A stretch of DNA of 32,000 nucleotides from Candidatus Lokiarchaeum ossiferum (GCA_025839675.1 CP104013.1:120001-152000), one strand, 5' to 3'; positions 16,416-26,820 are shown, counted from the stretch's first letter. Notes: a model not told the origin generated them from the letters alone. Made by a program: numbers and translations.

Positions 16416-16530
16416 AATCCACTACGTACGTTTTGGGAGACTTTTCATTTCGTGAAATTTCACAAGAAATTCAAAAGTTGAAAAAAAATGAAAAACCTTT
16501 GAAATAAAAATGTTAAAACCCAATTTTCTC

Positions 16531-19500
16531 TCAATCATCCCTTGAGAGATAACTTGCATAATCTTTCTTCTGGTCCCCTAATACTAAAAATCCTAGCATG
16601 CTTATAGTTCCCAAAAGTAAAATTCCAAGTACAACTAAAAATTCTCTCACGTTAAAAATAATTGGAAGGTTTAAATTCGAAACATCTCGTATTCCAGAAT
16701 AGGTTGCAACTTTTAATAGACTAGCTGTCCAAGCATATCCTGTTAATAACCCTATGGTTGTTCCGATGATATAGGAACTAAAAATGACAAATATCATTTG
16801 AGTTATGATCAGAATGGAAATATTTTTTTTCCCAAATCCTTGTATAAGTAGTAACCCATGATATCGTTGATTTTCTTTCCGATATAGCAAGATTAGAATG
16901 ATTATACTTAGTACTAAAAAGAAAGTTAGTAAAGTCAGTTCAATATAGACCGGATAGAATTCCGTAATAACACCTCCATGAGGTGAAAATATGCGCGTGG
17001 TTCCATCATCAATGTCTGTGGCAGTCTTAATTTCAAGTGAATAAGAATAAATTGCTGATATTTCTTGCATTGGGCAAATTGACTTTAATTCACTTAATTC
17101 AAAATGACTCGATAGATTTTTTTCAATAACACCCATGAAATTCAGGGTATCATGAGAGATTTTATCTTCTGGATTAATAAAAAATGCTATATCTGCAAGA
17201 ATTTCTATATTTCCGCCATATGAATAGGTAATTCCAGGAATAAGACCAATAGTATCAATAATTTTTATTGATAGCGTTGATTGATTTGCAAAAGATTCCG
17301 TAAAGGGAAATAGTTTAGGATTTAAAGTAAAAACATCTCCAATCTTGTATTGATTATAATCTAAAAATTCCTCTGTCACTAAGACTCCTAAATCTTCATT
17401 GCTATTGACGTTATAATCCATGGTTTTTCGAATTTTTGAACTTAAATCGGGCATACTGGATTGGAGACTGCTCGATTGGGCTAAAACTTCAAACTTAGTG
17501 AAATTAGAAAGCACAAGTGTATCATATTCATAACGGTTTCCAGCACTCAAATCACTTTGGGATATAATTGAAGTGGCCCAAACATCTTGGATATCCTCAG
17601 AATAATAGGATCTATTTGAGAGGATGTTTTCAATTGTGATTAATTCTTCATAAGTAATAGTTTGATTCCCATCCCTCATATAGCTCCAATCATTTTGTGC
17701 CTGAATGTTAAAATCCCCCCCCAAAATTGCGTTATCAATCACTGGATTTCTTACCATATTTGAATTAAGGGATATGTTTGTAAAAATGAAAGTGCCGGAA
17801 ATTATCGCTAATAGAATGGAAATTACTTTAAGATTATGGTAGCGTAATGTCTCGAGGGCATTTAATAACCCTTTTTCTCCAAGGAAAATTTTTGTAAATT
17901 TTTCACATATATTTGCATATAACAATGGTTTTTCAAAAACTAACCACCGCATTAGTCCATATATGATTAAAAATGGGCTGAAAAACGCTAGTACGACTAA
18001 GATATTATTATAACTATTTAATGTTTGCGCGAAAAATGCTATATTATCCATTTTTGAATAATATCCCCATTGAATTGAATAGATTAAGATCACTGGAATC
18101 CACCCGATAAAAAACAGCGGTAATCCAAATCTTTTGATGTTCTTTTTAAATTCATAATCAAGCGATTTATAGAGTTCTAGTTTAGATTCTCTTAAAAATT
18201 TAGATTTTTCTGTAATTGAAGTCTCATTTGGTGTATATTTTGCATCATTAAAAGAAGGCTGAGGTGGGGTTTTCTCTTTCTTTCTTTTCTTTTTCTTTTT
18301 CTTCTGTTGAGATAATAATAAATTTTCATTCAGTTGAGCATTTAACCCTAAAGTTTTGACAGATTCAGAAATTTCATAAATTTTTACCTTTTGAAATTGA
18401 ACAATCATTTTAAGATATATTAAAGCGACAACCAAAGTACTCATGCCAATACTCCCTAATATTAGTCCAAAATTCAGAGTAAATTCCAAATATGATGTGG
18501 GAGGATATAATCTAACAAATTCAAAGTTACCTTCACTATTGCCCCCTGATGATCTCGCAAAAAGTAATGGATTTAATCCAACTTGAATAGGTTTATAAAA
18601 AATCCAACTGAAAAGAATACTTCCTAAACCAACAACAATTCCAATTATGAAGATCTCCCAAATTAATTGAATGTTTATCATTTTGCGGGGATAACCTTTG
18701 ATTAAGGACTCATGATACGAAGATAATCGGGAAGTAAAAGATGTTTTTACTAGTAAATTTCCCACGATGATTGCACACATCAATAGAGGGACATTTAGTA
18801 TTTGATAAGTATATAGCATTTCAGATGAATTTATGAGCTCTCTAAATGTTTGATGCATATCCGTTGTTAATCTAACTGTATCTGATATATGGGAATAATA
18901 GAAAGATGACCATTTTTCTTGAAAATTCTGTAGTTCTTTCTCTATTCTATTTGGATTAATCGTGCCACGATCATATTGATAACCAAATCCATTGCTTTGT
19001 TTCCAAGGATATGTTGAATTCATTGGTAAAGAAGAATAGGTTGAATTCAAGAGATTTATGTAGGGATTTGACGCAACTGCATTTTGATCTATAACCCCTA
19101 ATATCACTGCCCGGTTCCATATTTGATAAGTGGCACTGGTTATTGAATCAACAGAATTGAAATCATAATAAAACTGTAAAGAATAATTAAAAAACCTGAT
19201 CATACTCTGTTTAGGGGCAAAAATTCCGACAATCTGACCGTTTTGTTGATTAAAATTAAGGTTGCGTAAAATTTGGGAAGAGTTTTGTTTATTGTAGATT
19301 TTAAGAGTTAAATCCCTCGTATCATTGGAAAAAAAGCCAATTTTTTCCGCTGAAACTATGTCAATTATATATTCGGATGAATTTTGAGGTTTTTTTCCTT
19401 CTATCATCTCAAAATCTCTATCAAAATCGGGTGTATTGTAAAAACCTTCATCTGAGAAAAAAAAATCCAAATACTTTGAAGGATCGATTTTATCATCAAT

Positions 19501-19842
19501 TGATGAGAGTCGAATAAAATCATTCGCCATATAGAATATGGGATGACTTGATTCAATGGGAAAATCCGAAATGACATCAGCATTTATGCCAGAATTATTT
19601 CCAAAAATTTCTTGGTTAACAAGGAGGTTTGGACTACCTCCAGTCGAATGATATACTCCAATATCAAAATAATTATACTTTAGGTTATTTATTTTGTATA
19701 GCTTCACGTTATGAACATAAATATTCATGACGCTTAACATTGCTAAAATCATCGCTAATCCTACGATTAATAAGGGTGTTCGCTTGACATTTTTGAGGGA
19801 TTGGGTAAGATTGTACTTGAATTTAATTGGCATAGGGATCAT
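16531..19842 (-). CDS. ABC transporter permease, FtsX/MacB-BceB-like, internally duplicated (about 10 TM, two large extracytoplasmic domains)
   Basis: The N-terminal motif LTQSLKNVKRTPLLIVGLAMILAM is typical of the FtsX family. Two TM triplets each follow a ~300-aa sequon-rich soluble domain. The gene is last in the operon with the ATPase. Confidence 0.8.
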   Translation of the reverse strand: MIPMPIKFKYNLTQSLKNVKRTPLLIVGLAMILAMLSVMNIYVHNVKLYKINNLKYNYFDIGVYHSTGGSPNLLVNQEIFGNNSGINADVISDFPIESSHPIFYMANDFIRLSSIDDKIDPSKYLDFFFSDEGFYNTPDFDRDFEMIEGKKPQNSSEYIIDIVSAEKIGFFSNDTRDLTLKIYNKQNSSQILRNLNFNQQNGQIVGIFAPKQSMIRFFNYSLQFYYDFNSVDSITSATYQIWNRAVILGVIDQNAVASNPYINLLNSTYSSLPMNSTYPWKQSNGFGYQYDRGTINPNRIEKELQNFQEKWSSFYYSHISDTVRLTTDMHQTFRELINSSEMLYTYQILNVPLLMCAIIVGNLLVKTSFTSRLSSYHESLIKGYPRKMINIQLIWEIFIIGIVVGLGSILFSWIFYKPIQVGLNPLLFARSSGGNSEGNFEFVRLYPPTSYLEFTLNFGLILGSIGMSTLVVALIYLKMIVQFQKVKIYEISESVKTLGLNAQLNENLLLSQQKKKKKKRKKEKTPPQPSFNDAKYTPNETSITEKSKFLRESKLELYKSLDYEFKKNIKRFGLPLFFIGWIPVILIYSIQWGYYSKMDNIAFFAQTLNSYNNILVVLAFFSPFLIIYGLMRWLVFEKPLLYANICEKFTKIFLGEKGLLNALETLRYHNLKVISILLAIISGTFIFTNISLNSNMVRNPVIDNAILGGDFNIQAQNDWSYMRDGNQTITYEELITIENILSNRSYYSEDIQDVWATSIISQSDLSAGNRYEYDTLVLSNFTKFEVLAQSSSLQSSMPDLSSKIRKTMDYNVNSNEDLGVLVTEEFLDYNQYKIGDVFTLNPKLFPFTESFANQSTLSIKIIDTIGLIPGITYSYGGNIEILADIAFFINPEDKISHDTLNFMGVIEKNLSSHFELSELKSICPMQEISAIYSYSLEIKTATDIDDGTTRIFSPHGGVITEFYPVYIELTLLTFFLVLSIIILILLYRKENQRYHGLLLIQGFGKKNISILIITQMIFVIFSSYIIGTTIGLLTGYAWTASLLKVATYSGIRDVSNLNLPIIFNVREFLVVLGILLLGTISMLGFLVLGDQKKDYASYLSRDD

Positions 19843-19890
19843 TGGTTTTAAATTGCTTTAGGATATGTTTTTTACGAAAAAAGACTAAAT

Positions 19891-20934
19891 TCAATTAGGA
19901 TTATGCATATCATGCTTGAGATTAAAAATACCTCCAAATTCGTAGGTAATTTTATGACATTCAAGACAAGCCACAGAAATACGACTAACAATTTGCTGAT
20001 TATGGTTGTACATCGCTCCAGCTTCTCTGTCATAATTTTTAATTATATTGGTTGATTGACAATTAGGACACTGGGATATATCGGAATATAGAGGATAATT
20101 TTGTGGACCATTTATTATAAAATGTGCTTCTTTTTGTTTGCGAGTAATTTTAGAAATTGAAGTTTCCTCTTTAACTTCAATATCATCCTCATTTTCATCT
20201 TGAGCTAATCGACCGTATTCTTTAACTATTTCCCCATCTTTCAAGATCATAGTTCTATCAGCGATCTTGCGAAAAGCGCTATCATGGGTCACAATAACCA
20301 TGGCTTTATCTGGATTATCAGCTAAGGCTTTCTTAAAATACTGCATGATTTTTTCCGCAGAAATGGAATCAACATTCCCCGTTGGTTCATCAGCAATAAT
20401 TATATCTGGATCATTTGCAAAAGCTTGAGCTATTGCAATTCTTTGCTTTTCCCCTCCTGAAAGCGCAAAAGGGCGATGTTTTGCACGATCTTCCATCCCA
20501 ACTTCTTTTAATAGTGCTTCAACTCTTTCTTGCCGCTCTTTTTTTGGTACTTTTGCCACAATCATGGGCATCTCTATATTTCCAGCTGCAGATAGTGTCG
20601 GGATTAAGTTAAAAAATTGAAACACTATTCCTATATGGTTTTGCAAGAGGTCTTGTATTCCTGCATCCTTCAGACGATTTACTTCTAGATCGTTTACTAA
20701 AATCGTCCCCGAAGATGGACGGGAAATTCCTGCCAGTACATGTAAAAGAGTCGTTTTGCCAGATCCGCTGGGACCCATAATAACAATTAATTCTCCCGGA
20801 TAAATATTTAGGCTAATATTTTTCAATGCCATGACCTCATTTTGACCTTGTTTAAAGATTTTATATACTTCTGAAAGCTTAGCAACGGGTTGAGTTTTGG
20901 AATTTGTTCGATGATTTGGTAAAGTTTCTGTCAT
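19891..20934 (-). CDS. ABC transporter ATP-binding protein (MacB/LolD-like) with C-terminal zinc-ribbon extension
   Basis: Motifs seen are Walker A GPSGSGKTT, Q-loop, signature LSGGEKQR, Walker B IIIADEPT and H-loop VTHD. The tail carries CPNC...CLEC. I prefer ATG 20934 over the track's TTG at 20964. Confidence 0.9.
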   Translation of the reverse strand: MTETLPNHRTNSKTQPVAKLSEVYKIFKQGQNEVMALKNISLNIYPGELIVIMGPSGSGKTTLLHVLAGISRPSSGTILVNDLEVNRLKDAGIQDLLQNHIGIVFQFFNLIPTLSAAGNIEMPMIVAKVPKKERQERVEALLKEVGMEDRAKHRPFALSGGEKQRIAIAQAFANDPDIIIADEPTGNVDSISAEKIMQYFKKALADNPDKAMVIVTHDSAFRKIADRTMILKDGEIVKEYGRLAQDENEDDIEVKEETSISKITRKQKEAHFIINGPQNYPLYSDISQCPNCQSTNIIKNYDREAGAMYNHNQQIVSRISVACLECHKITYEFGGIFNLKHDMHNPN

Positions 20935-20970
20935 TTTTATCACATTTTTTTTTGGTTTTTTCAATCTATT

Positions 20971-23900
20971 TCACTGCTTAGTATAAGCAAAAAAAGAATC
21001 CATTCTTTGTGTTTTGAAAAAAATAGTATAAAGAAGAATCGATCCCACAAAAATTGATGCCAAATTGATTCCTAAAAGAGGCCAATTAATCAAAATGGGG
21101 TATTTTGCCACTGATAATTTAAATTGCCAGTTTTCTTCCACCAGTAATTGTGCAGGGTAGATTTTAAGGGCGAGAATTATTGGTGCAATTACTGTTATAA
21201 GTGCAATTCCTAATGAAATAAGGAAAAATAGCAGCAATTGACTGAGTCCAAATAGATACACTTGTTTTCTACTTACTCCTCGGGTTAACAAATTTCCGTA
21301 GAAATTAAAATTATCTCGAGTGTTTTGGATGAAAAGTATTCCTTGCCCAAAACAAAGAGTAAATCCTATCAACAACAGGCTGTACAGGGAATAACCTGAT
21401 TTTGTATTGAACACTGCAAAAGATGATGAATAAGCTAAATAACTATAATCCATTTCTCGAATTTCATAATTAGCTGTATTATTTGCAAGGAACGTATTTA
21501 CATTTGAATTTTCTTGGATTGAATGTTTCCCTTTTTCTTCCAAGTTGCCCATAAAAACATAATTATGGGCTAAAATGGAACAATTTTCTTGAGAAATCGC
21601 ATTTACGTCTATGAAAAAACTACTATCCCTTTCCCAAGATGATATTGCATCATAGACACCGGGAAACAAAACGGTTCTGGCAATGAATTCACATTCCAGC
21701 CATGTTGATTCTATTTGCATGCTTGTAAAATTAAAGTAAGTTAAATTCACAAAATACGGAGGATTATCCTTGATATTCTCACTATACTCATAATAGTTCC
21801 CGACTATAATCCCGATCTTGGAATTAGTGGGATCTTCATTATAACTAATCGTTTTTTGGATCGATTTTATTAAATCTCGTGTGGGAAGATATTGATCTCG
21901 GGCCGAATTTAAGGAAAGATATTCAGAATAGTTCAAATAGAACAATTCACGCTCAAATTTGGCTTCGCTTTCTGTACTGGAATATACCTCGGCTTTTTGG
22001 GATAGGATGCAAAGATGATTTTCTAAATCGAGTTTTTCGTCTTGAAATACAACGCTAAGATTTTTGTCAAAATCAAAAACTCCTTTCTGAAATGCCAGAT
22101 TTTCAGGCCCTATATTGATATCAATTGCAATATCCGCCCCAATTCTTCCATTGTCAATCATCATAGGATAACTCGCGCTGGATGTGACAAAGGGGTTCAA
22201 AATTAAAATTGATGTTACATAAACCGATATCAAAATTATAATATAACGAAATTCTTTTCGTCGAATCATTTCCAAGCCTACAAGATAATTAATTTCCTTA
22301 TGGAATGGTTTTGATAAGAATTTGCTCAGCTTGGCAAATCTTCGAGGTGATTCAACAATCAGAAATCTATAAAAGCCATATCCTACAATAAAAATCGGGA
22401 ATATTGCACCAAACACAAGATATAAAGTTGGTTCGGAGTAAATTCTAATCACAGTCCATCTTAAATTATCCGATACTTCATGGTTTCCTGAATAGATTGC
22501 CAGTCCATAAATAAAAATTGGAATCAAAATAAAGGGGAAAAGAAAATAAGATATTTTTCGTATCTTTTTTTCTTCCCCTTCGACACTATCCTCATATTTT
22601 TCTTCGTTTTTACTTTGTTTTCGCTTTTCTACTTTCTCTTTTCCATAGGTTGAGTTCTCATCATAAATCCCTGCCAAATATTCTTGATTTTGCAACTCAT
22701 AAATATCCTGAATTTCAGTTTTCTTTAGAATTTTTAAAAGATGACTGTAGGCAATGCCTATTATAATAAATCCAAATAAAAATGTTATTCCTAACCATAA
22801 AGGGTTAACTACCAGTTTAATATCTTGGGGTTCTAATGTAGGGAAAAATAATGGTGTCAAAGTGGTCCGTATCGGATAGAAGAGGATCATTCCGAGTAAA
22901 ACACTAATTATCATGCTTATTAAACTCAAAATAATTATTTCTTGAATTATTTGAGCCGTAATTTGTTTTTTGGTCATTCCCTTAATCGACATTTGCAGAA
23001 AATTGCTTAATCGAGCTTCTTCCGCGTTCTTCATGCTAAAATAAGTAATTAAGAACGTAAAAAGTATTAAGGGGAGATTAATGGCTATACTTAGAAATCT
23101 TGTTGAATAAATATAAGATCTTAGACGCAATATCGAATCTCCATAGGTTCGGGTATAAATTTCATGAGAAAATTCTTTTTGCAAGAGCTGATGAACTTTA
23201 GTGATTCGATTCTCGTAGGAAATGATTTGATTGTAGTTGATGCTATCAAGCTTAGCCATCAGTGATATTCCATAGTGAATAAGATTTTCAACGTTCTCAC
23301 TTAATCCAAAATTTATGTCATTTACTGCATCATATAAAGATTCATTATGAACAATGGAGTCATAAAATTGGTATACTGGATGATTTCCCAAGCTTGTTTG
23401 TGAAAAATTGGAATAAAAAAAGAGCGGAGCATCCCCAAAATATCCCAGATTGTCTGTTTCTCCTTCTAAAATTTTTTGATAGGTTAAATCCATTTGACAT
23501 TGGTCTCCATTTAGTTCTATAATTCTTGAGGAAAAAGCGTAAAAACCAACGATTTTTGTGGATTCGAGCTGCATTGTATTAACAATCGTATCTATTTCAG
23601 GAAATGTGATATTCAGTTTGTTAGATGTTGGATCTAAATCAATTTGAGGGTGTGAATAGTTTCCGATGAAATAGGTTAGATCATAGGAATCATTCAACTC
23701 ATACTTACTTTGCAATTTATATGTATAGGGTACTAACACTTCATTTTCGGTTTGAGGTACTCGACCTTCGATAATTTTGAAATTCGTGGTAAACCTTTCA
23801 TTTTGGTAATATTCTTCTGAATATAACAAAAAATTGATTCTGGGCAGAAAAAACTCGTAAATTCCATGGAAATCGTACACATCCGTCAAATTTACTCTCG

Positions 23901-24267
23901 CTCCAAAATTACTCCAATGGGATCGAAAATTCAAATACGGGAATGTGTTGAAATCTTTTAGTAAATCTTGATTTTCAGGAGAATTTTCAGAAACCGTCAC
24001 GAATTGATCTTGAAAACTTTCTATATCATTTGCAATATTATCTGGATTTGGAGATATTGGTTGGGAAGAAGTAACTAAAAATTCTGAATTTGTTTCAAGA
24101 TGAGAGCCAGAATCCTCCGCGATTCCCGATTCAATCATACAATTTGTTGCAAAGATCATTGCCAGTGAAATACTTACGGAGAGAATTATCAAATAGGATT
24201 TTTTTACCCATAAAAACGTGAGTCGAAAGTAGAACGGTATTAAAGATTTCATGATTTTCAATTTCAT
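20971..24267 (-). CDS. ABC transporter permease, FtsX/MacB-BceB-like, internally duplicated (paralog of 16531-19842)
   Basis: At 1098 aa it has the same architecture as the other permease: an N-terminal TM, a large sequon-rich domain, a TM triplet, a charged cytoplasmic loop, a second large domain and a second TM triplet. Its stop is 36 nt from the ATPase ATG. Confidence 0.8.
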   Translation of the reverse strand: MKLKIMKSLIPFYFRLTFLWVKKSYLIILSVSISLAMIFATNCMIESGIAEDSGSHLETNSEFLVTSSQPISPNPDNIANDIESFQDQFVTVSENSPENQDLLKDFNTFPYLNFRSHWSNFGARVNLTDVYDFHGIYEFFLPRINFLLYSEEYYQNERFTTNFKIIEGRVPQTENEVLVPYTYKLQSKYELNDSYDLTYFIGNYSHPQIDLDPTSNKLNITFPEIDTIVNTMQLESTKIVGFYAFSSRIIELNGDQCQMDLTYQKILEGETDNLGYFGDAPLFFYSNFSQTSLGNHPVYQFYDSIVHNESLYDAVNDINFGLSENVENLIHYGISLMAKLDSINYNQIISYENRITKVHQLLQKEFSHEIYTRTYGDSILRLRSYIYSTRFLSIAINLPLILFTFLITYFSMKNAEEARLSNFLQMSIKGMTKKQITAQIIQEIIILSLISMIISVLLGMILFYPIRTTLTPLFFPTLEPQDIKLVVNPLWLGITFLFGFIIIGIAYSHLLKILKKTEIQDIYELQNQEYLAGIYDENSTYGKEKVEKRKQSKNEEKYEDSVEGEEKKIRKISYFLFPFILIPIFIYGLAIYSGNHEVSDNLRWTVIRIYSEPTLYLVFGAIFPIFIVGYGFYRFLIVESPRRFAKLSKFLSKPFHKEINYLVGLEMIRRKEFRYIIILISVYVTSILILNPFVTSSASYPMMIDNGRIGADIAIDINIGPENLAFQKGVFDFDKNLSVVFQDEKLDLENHLCILSQKAEVYSSTESEAKFERELFYLNYSEYLSLNSARDQYLPTRDLIKSIQKTISYNEDPTNSKIGIIVGNYYEYSENIKDNPPYFVNLTYFNFTSMQIESTWLECEFIARTVLFPGVYDAISSWERDSSFFIDVNAISQENCSILAHNYVFMGNLEEKGKHSIQENSNVNTFLANNTANYEIREMDYSYLAYSSSFAVFNTKSGYSLYSLLLIGFTLCFGQGILFIQNTRDNFNFYGNLLTRGVSRKQVYLFGLSQLLLFFLISLGIALITVIAPIILALKIYPAQLLVEENWQFKLSVAKYPILINWPLLGINLASIFVGSILLYTIFFKTQRMDSFFAYTKQ

Positions 24268-24602
24268 CTTTTTGAATAATTAATTGTCATTTTATTATAA
24301 GAACTTTTTGACAAAAAAGATTTATAATGTCCCAATATGGCTGAACCAATAACCCTCAAACCATTTTTTCTACTCCAAATTGAAATGATTACTATATAAA
24401 ATTTAATTAATGAAATTTTGATTTTTAAGACTAAATTCCCTATTATTAATCAATCTACGGGTTATGAGATTCTTTAGAAAAAAAGATTGGGAAGAGAAAT
24501 ACCGAGATCAGAATTTTTGCCTCAATTATACAATGAATATTTTGTGATATTTCATTTCAATGGCTTTTTTTTGATCACTTCATTTACCTTTCATGATGTT
24601 AA

Positions 24603-25553
24603 ATGAAAATCGTAATTCTTGAACCATTATCCATTAGGCCCTCCCAATTACAAAGATATGTGGATGAACTTCAACAACTCGGCCATTCTGTTGTCCATTA
24701 CCCTGATAGACCTAATGATACTCCTACGATTCTTTCTCGAGTTCAGGATGCCGATGTAGTAGTGCTCACCAATTTACCTTTTCCCAAAGAAGTAATCTCC
24801 CAGTGTGCTAGTTTGAAAATGATTTCCGTCGCCTTCACTGGAGTGGATCACATTGACTTGGATGCGTGTAAGGAACGAAATGTTGTCGTATGCAATGCGG
24901 CGGGATATTCCACCTATTCTGTCGTTGAATTAACTTTTGGGCTCATTTTTTCCCTCCTCCGGAATATTCTTCTGTGTGACCACAATATTCGTATGGGAAG
25001 AACACGGTGTGGGTTGATCGGGAATGAATTACATGGTAAAACCCTTGGAGTAATTGGCACGGGAGCTATTGGTTCTCAGGTATGTCAAATTGCCACAGCC
25101 TTTGGATGCAAGGTGATTGCCTACTCTCGGACCGAAAAAGCCGATTTACAACAACTTGGGGTTCAGTATGTAGCTCTAAATGAAATGTTGCAAAAGAGTG
25201 ATATTGTCTCGCTTCATCTCCCGTTAAATTCCGAAACGAAAGGCTTGCTTGATCTGCATTCTTTCCAGATGATGAAGAAGACTGCCCTTTTAATTAATTG
25301 TGCCCGAGGACCGATCGTGAACACCAAAGATTTACTTCGCGCGCTTGATTTAAAACTGATTGCTGGGGCCGGTCTTGATGTTTTTGATCAGGAACCTCCA
25401 TTGGATTCCAGTTCTCCCTTGTTTCAAGCGGAAAATCTCGTGGTAACTCCCCATGTTGCTTTTGCTACCCACGAAGCCTTTGAAAACCGCGCCCAAATTG
25501 TGTTTGAAAACATTCTTCAGTGGTTGAATGATACTCCAATCAATCAAGTATAA
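24603..25553 (+). CDS. D-isomer-specific 2-hydroxyacid dehydrogenase (glycerate/phosphoglycerate dehydrogenase-like)
   Basis: The NAD motif is GKTLGVIGTGAIGSQV. Catalytic-region motifs are INCARGPIV, GAGLDVF and TPHVAFAT. Confidence 0.85.
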   Translation: MKIVILEPLSIRPSQLQRYVDELQQLGHSVVHYPDRPNDTPTILSRVQDADVVVLTNLPFPKEVISQCASLKMISVAFTGVDHIDLDACKERNVVVCNAAGYSTYSVVELTFGLIFSLLRNILLCDHNIRMGRTRCGLIGNELHGKTLGVIGTGAIGSQVCQIATAFGCKVIAYSRTEKADLQQLGVQYVALNEMLQKSDIVSLHLPLNSETKGLLDLHSFQMMKKTALLINCARGPIVNTKDLLRALDLKLIAGAGLDVFDQEPPLDSSSPLFQAENLVVTPHVAFATHEAFENRAQIVFENILQWLNDTPINQV

Positions 25554-25659
25554 TATTAGCGAAATAAAAATCTCTTTCCTTCTATTCATCTTTTCTTTTT
25601 CGCTTTTTTAAAACCACATCGGAAAACCTTTTTCATTCCATTCAACTAAGATTAAATAC

Positions 25660-25860
25660 ATGACCATCGAAAAAAAATATTTAATTTCGTGTTGGGGGAC
25701 TATTATCCTCTTCGGTGTTTTGCTCTTTACATTATGGAAAGGGAGTTCCTCTGGGACAACATTGTTCTTAGTCATTTTTATTATAATACTTTGCTTGATT
25801 TCGTGCTATTTGGGAAATAAACCGGGAGAATTTCAGGCACCCAAATCATCGGAATCTTAA
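25660..25860 (+). CDS. small two-TM membrane protein, hypothetical
   Basis: The 66-aa product has two clear hydrophobic helices. The start is ATG. Confidence 0.4.
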   Translation: MTIEKKYLISCWGTIILFGVLLFTLWKGSSSGTTLFLVIFIIILCLISCYLGNKPGEFQAPKSSES

Positions 25861-26036
25861 ATCACACACAAAATGTTTTGTGTTGGAAGTTTTCATGCTG
25901 CTCATAATTGCATCGTGCTATCTGAAACCACCAATCGATGAATTATGAGAGTAACTCAAGAAACCGGGAACCACCGACTTATTCGAGGTTGTAACTAAAA
26001 ATATATAACTTAATACAAATAAACTAAATTACATTT

Positions 26037-26759
26037 ATGAATTACTTCAATTTCATTCTAAAACTTATCATCATAATCGCTGCACTTGTATGCGCTATTT
26101 TAATCATTAAAAAAGATTCTCTATATCTTGGAAACCGATTGATGGCCGTAGCTATGGTTCTTTTCTTATTTTATACTTTAGGTATTTTCCTTTACGATTT
26201 AATCGAATCCGAGTGGGCGGTTCAATTATTCCTACGAATTTCTATGATTTCTGCGATACTTGGGGCCAATTTGATTTATTTTAGCATGCAATGCCTGGTT
26301 AATTCGAGTCACTGGTTCAATCAAAAACGAAATTGGATTCCCCACTTCTTTATTGTGTTCATTTATTCCATTTACATTATCTCCATTGATTTCATAACTT
26401 TTTCCTTGTTACCTGATGGAGGTGTGAATGTACAGATTTCCCTTCTACCTACTGCAATAATGGGTATTGGAATGCTATTTTATTTAGGATCCAGCTTGTA
26501 TTTTGTGAATAAGTATGGGATTAAGAAAACAAGCGGAATTCAACAACAAAAAATGAAAATCTTTTCCATGGGGATTATATCAGGCATTTTGAGCATTTTT
26601 ATGAGTATTTTCAGTCAATTACCATTTTTTACTGATGCAACTGGCTCTCTATTTGATATCTTATTTTTCATGATTTTAGCCTTTTCATTGATGGTCCTGA
26701 CACTTGGGTTTATTAAGAAAGGGAAGAACGATACGAAAGAAAGTAGAGAAAATAATTGA
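26037..26759 (+). CDS. seven-TM integral membrane protein, paralog-like of 1271-1987
   Basis: The 240-aa product has about 7 TM segments. The spacing of its basic loops matches ORF 1271-1987. Confidence 0.7.
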   Translation: MNYFNFILKLIIIIAALVCAILIIKKDSLYLGNRLMAVAMVLFLFYTLGIFLYDLIESEWAVQLFLRISMISAILGANLIYFSMQCLVNSSHWFNQKRNWIPHFFIVFIYSIYIISIDFITFSLLPDGGVNVQISLLPTAIMGIGMLFYLGSSLYFVNKYGIKKTSGIQQQKMKIFSMGIISGILSIFMSIFSQLPFFTDATGSLFDILFFMILAFSLMVLTLGFIKKGKNDTKESRENN

Positions 26760-26782
26760 AACCAACAGTTTGAATCATATAA

Positions 26783-26790
26783 TTTTTTTT
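26783..26790 (+). terminator. oligo-T run after the 7TM gene
   Basis: A T8 run lies 24 nt after the stop at 26759. Confidence 0.35.
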
Positions 26791-26820
26791 ACTTAATCCA
26801 ATAATTTTGTTCAGAAGTAG

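Noticed and set aside
16452-16463. A perfect 12-bp palindrome GTGAAATTTCAC lies in the convergent intergenic region between the GlmU-like gene and the ABC permease.
   Set aside because: In DNA this AT-rich, a rough estimate gives on the order of ten or more 12-bp perfect palindromes per 32 kb by chance. There is no second copy or flanking structure.
18271-18303. An 11-codon Lys/Arg/Glu tract (KKKKKKRKKEK) lies in the cytoplasmic loop of permease 16531-19842. There is also an A11 run at 3175-3185 in the valS N-terminal extension.
   Set aside because: Homopolymeric A/T and poly-Lys loops are common in very AT-rich genomes. The reading frames are intact, and nothing suggests programmed slippage or phase variation.
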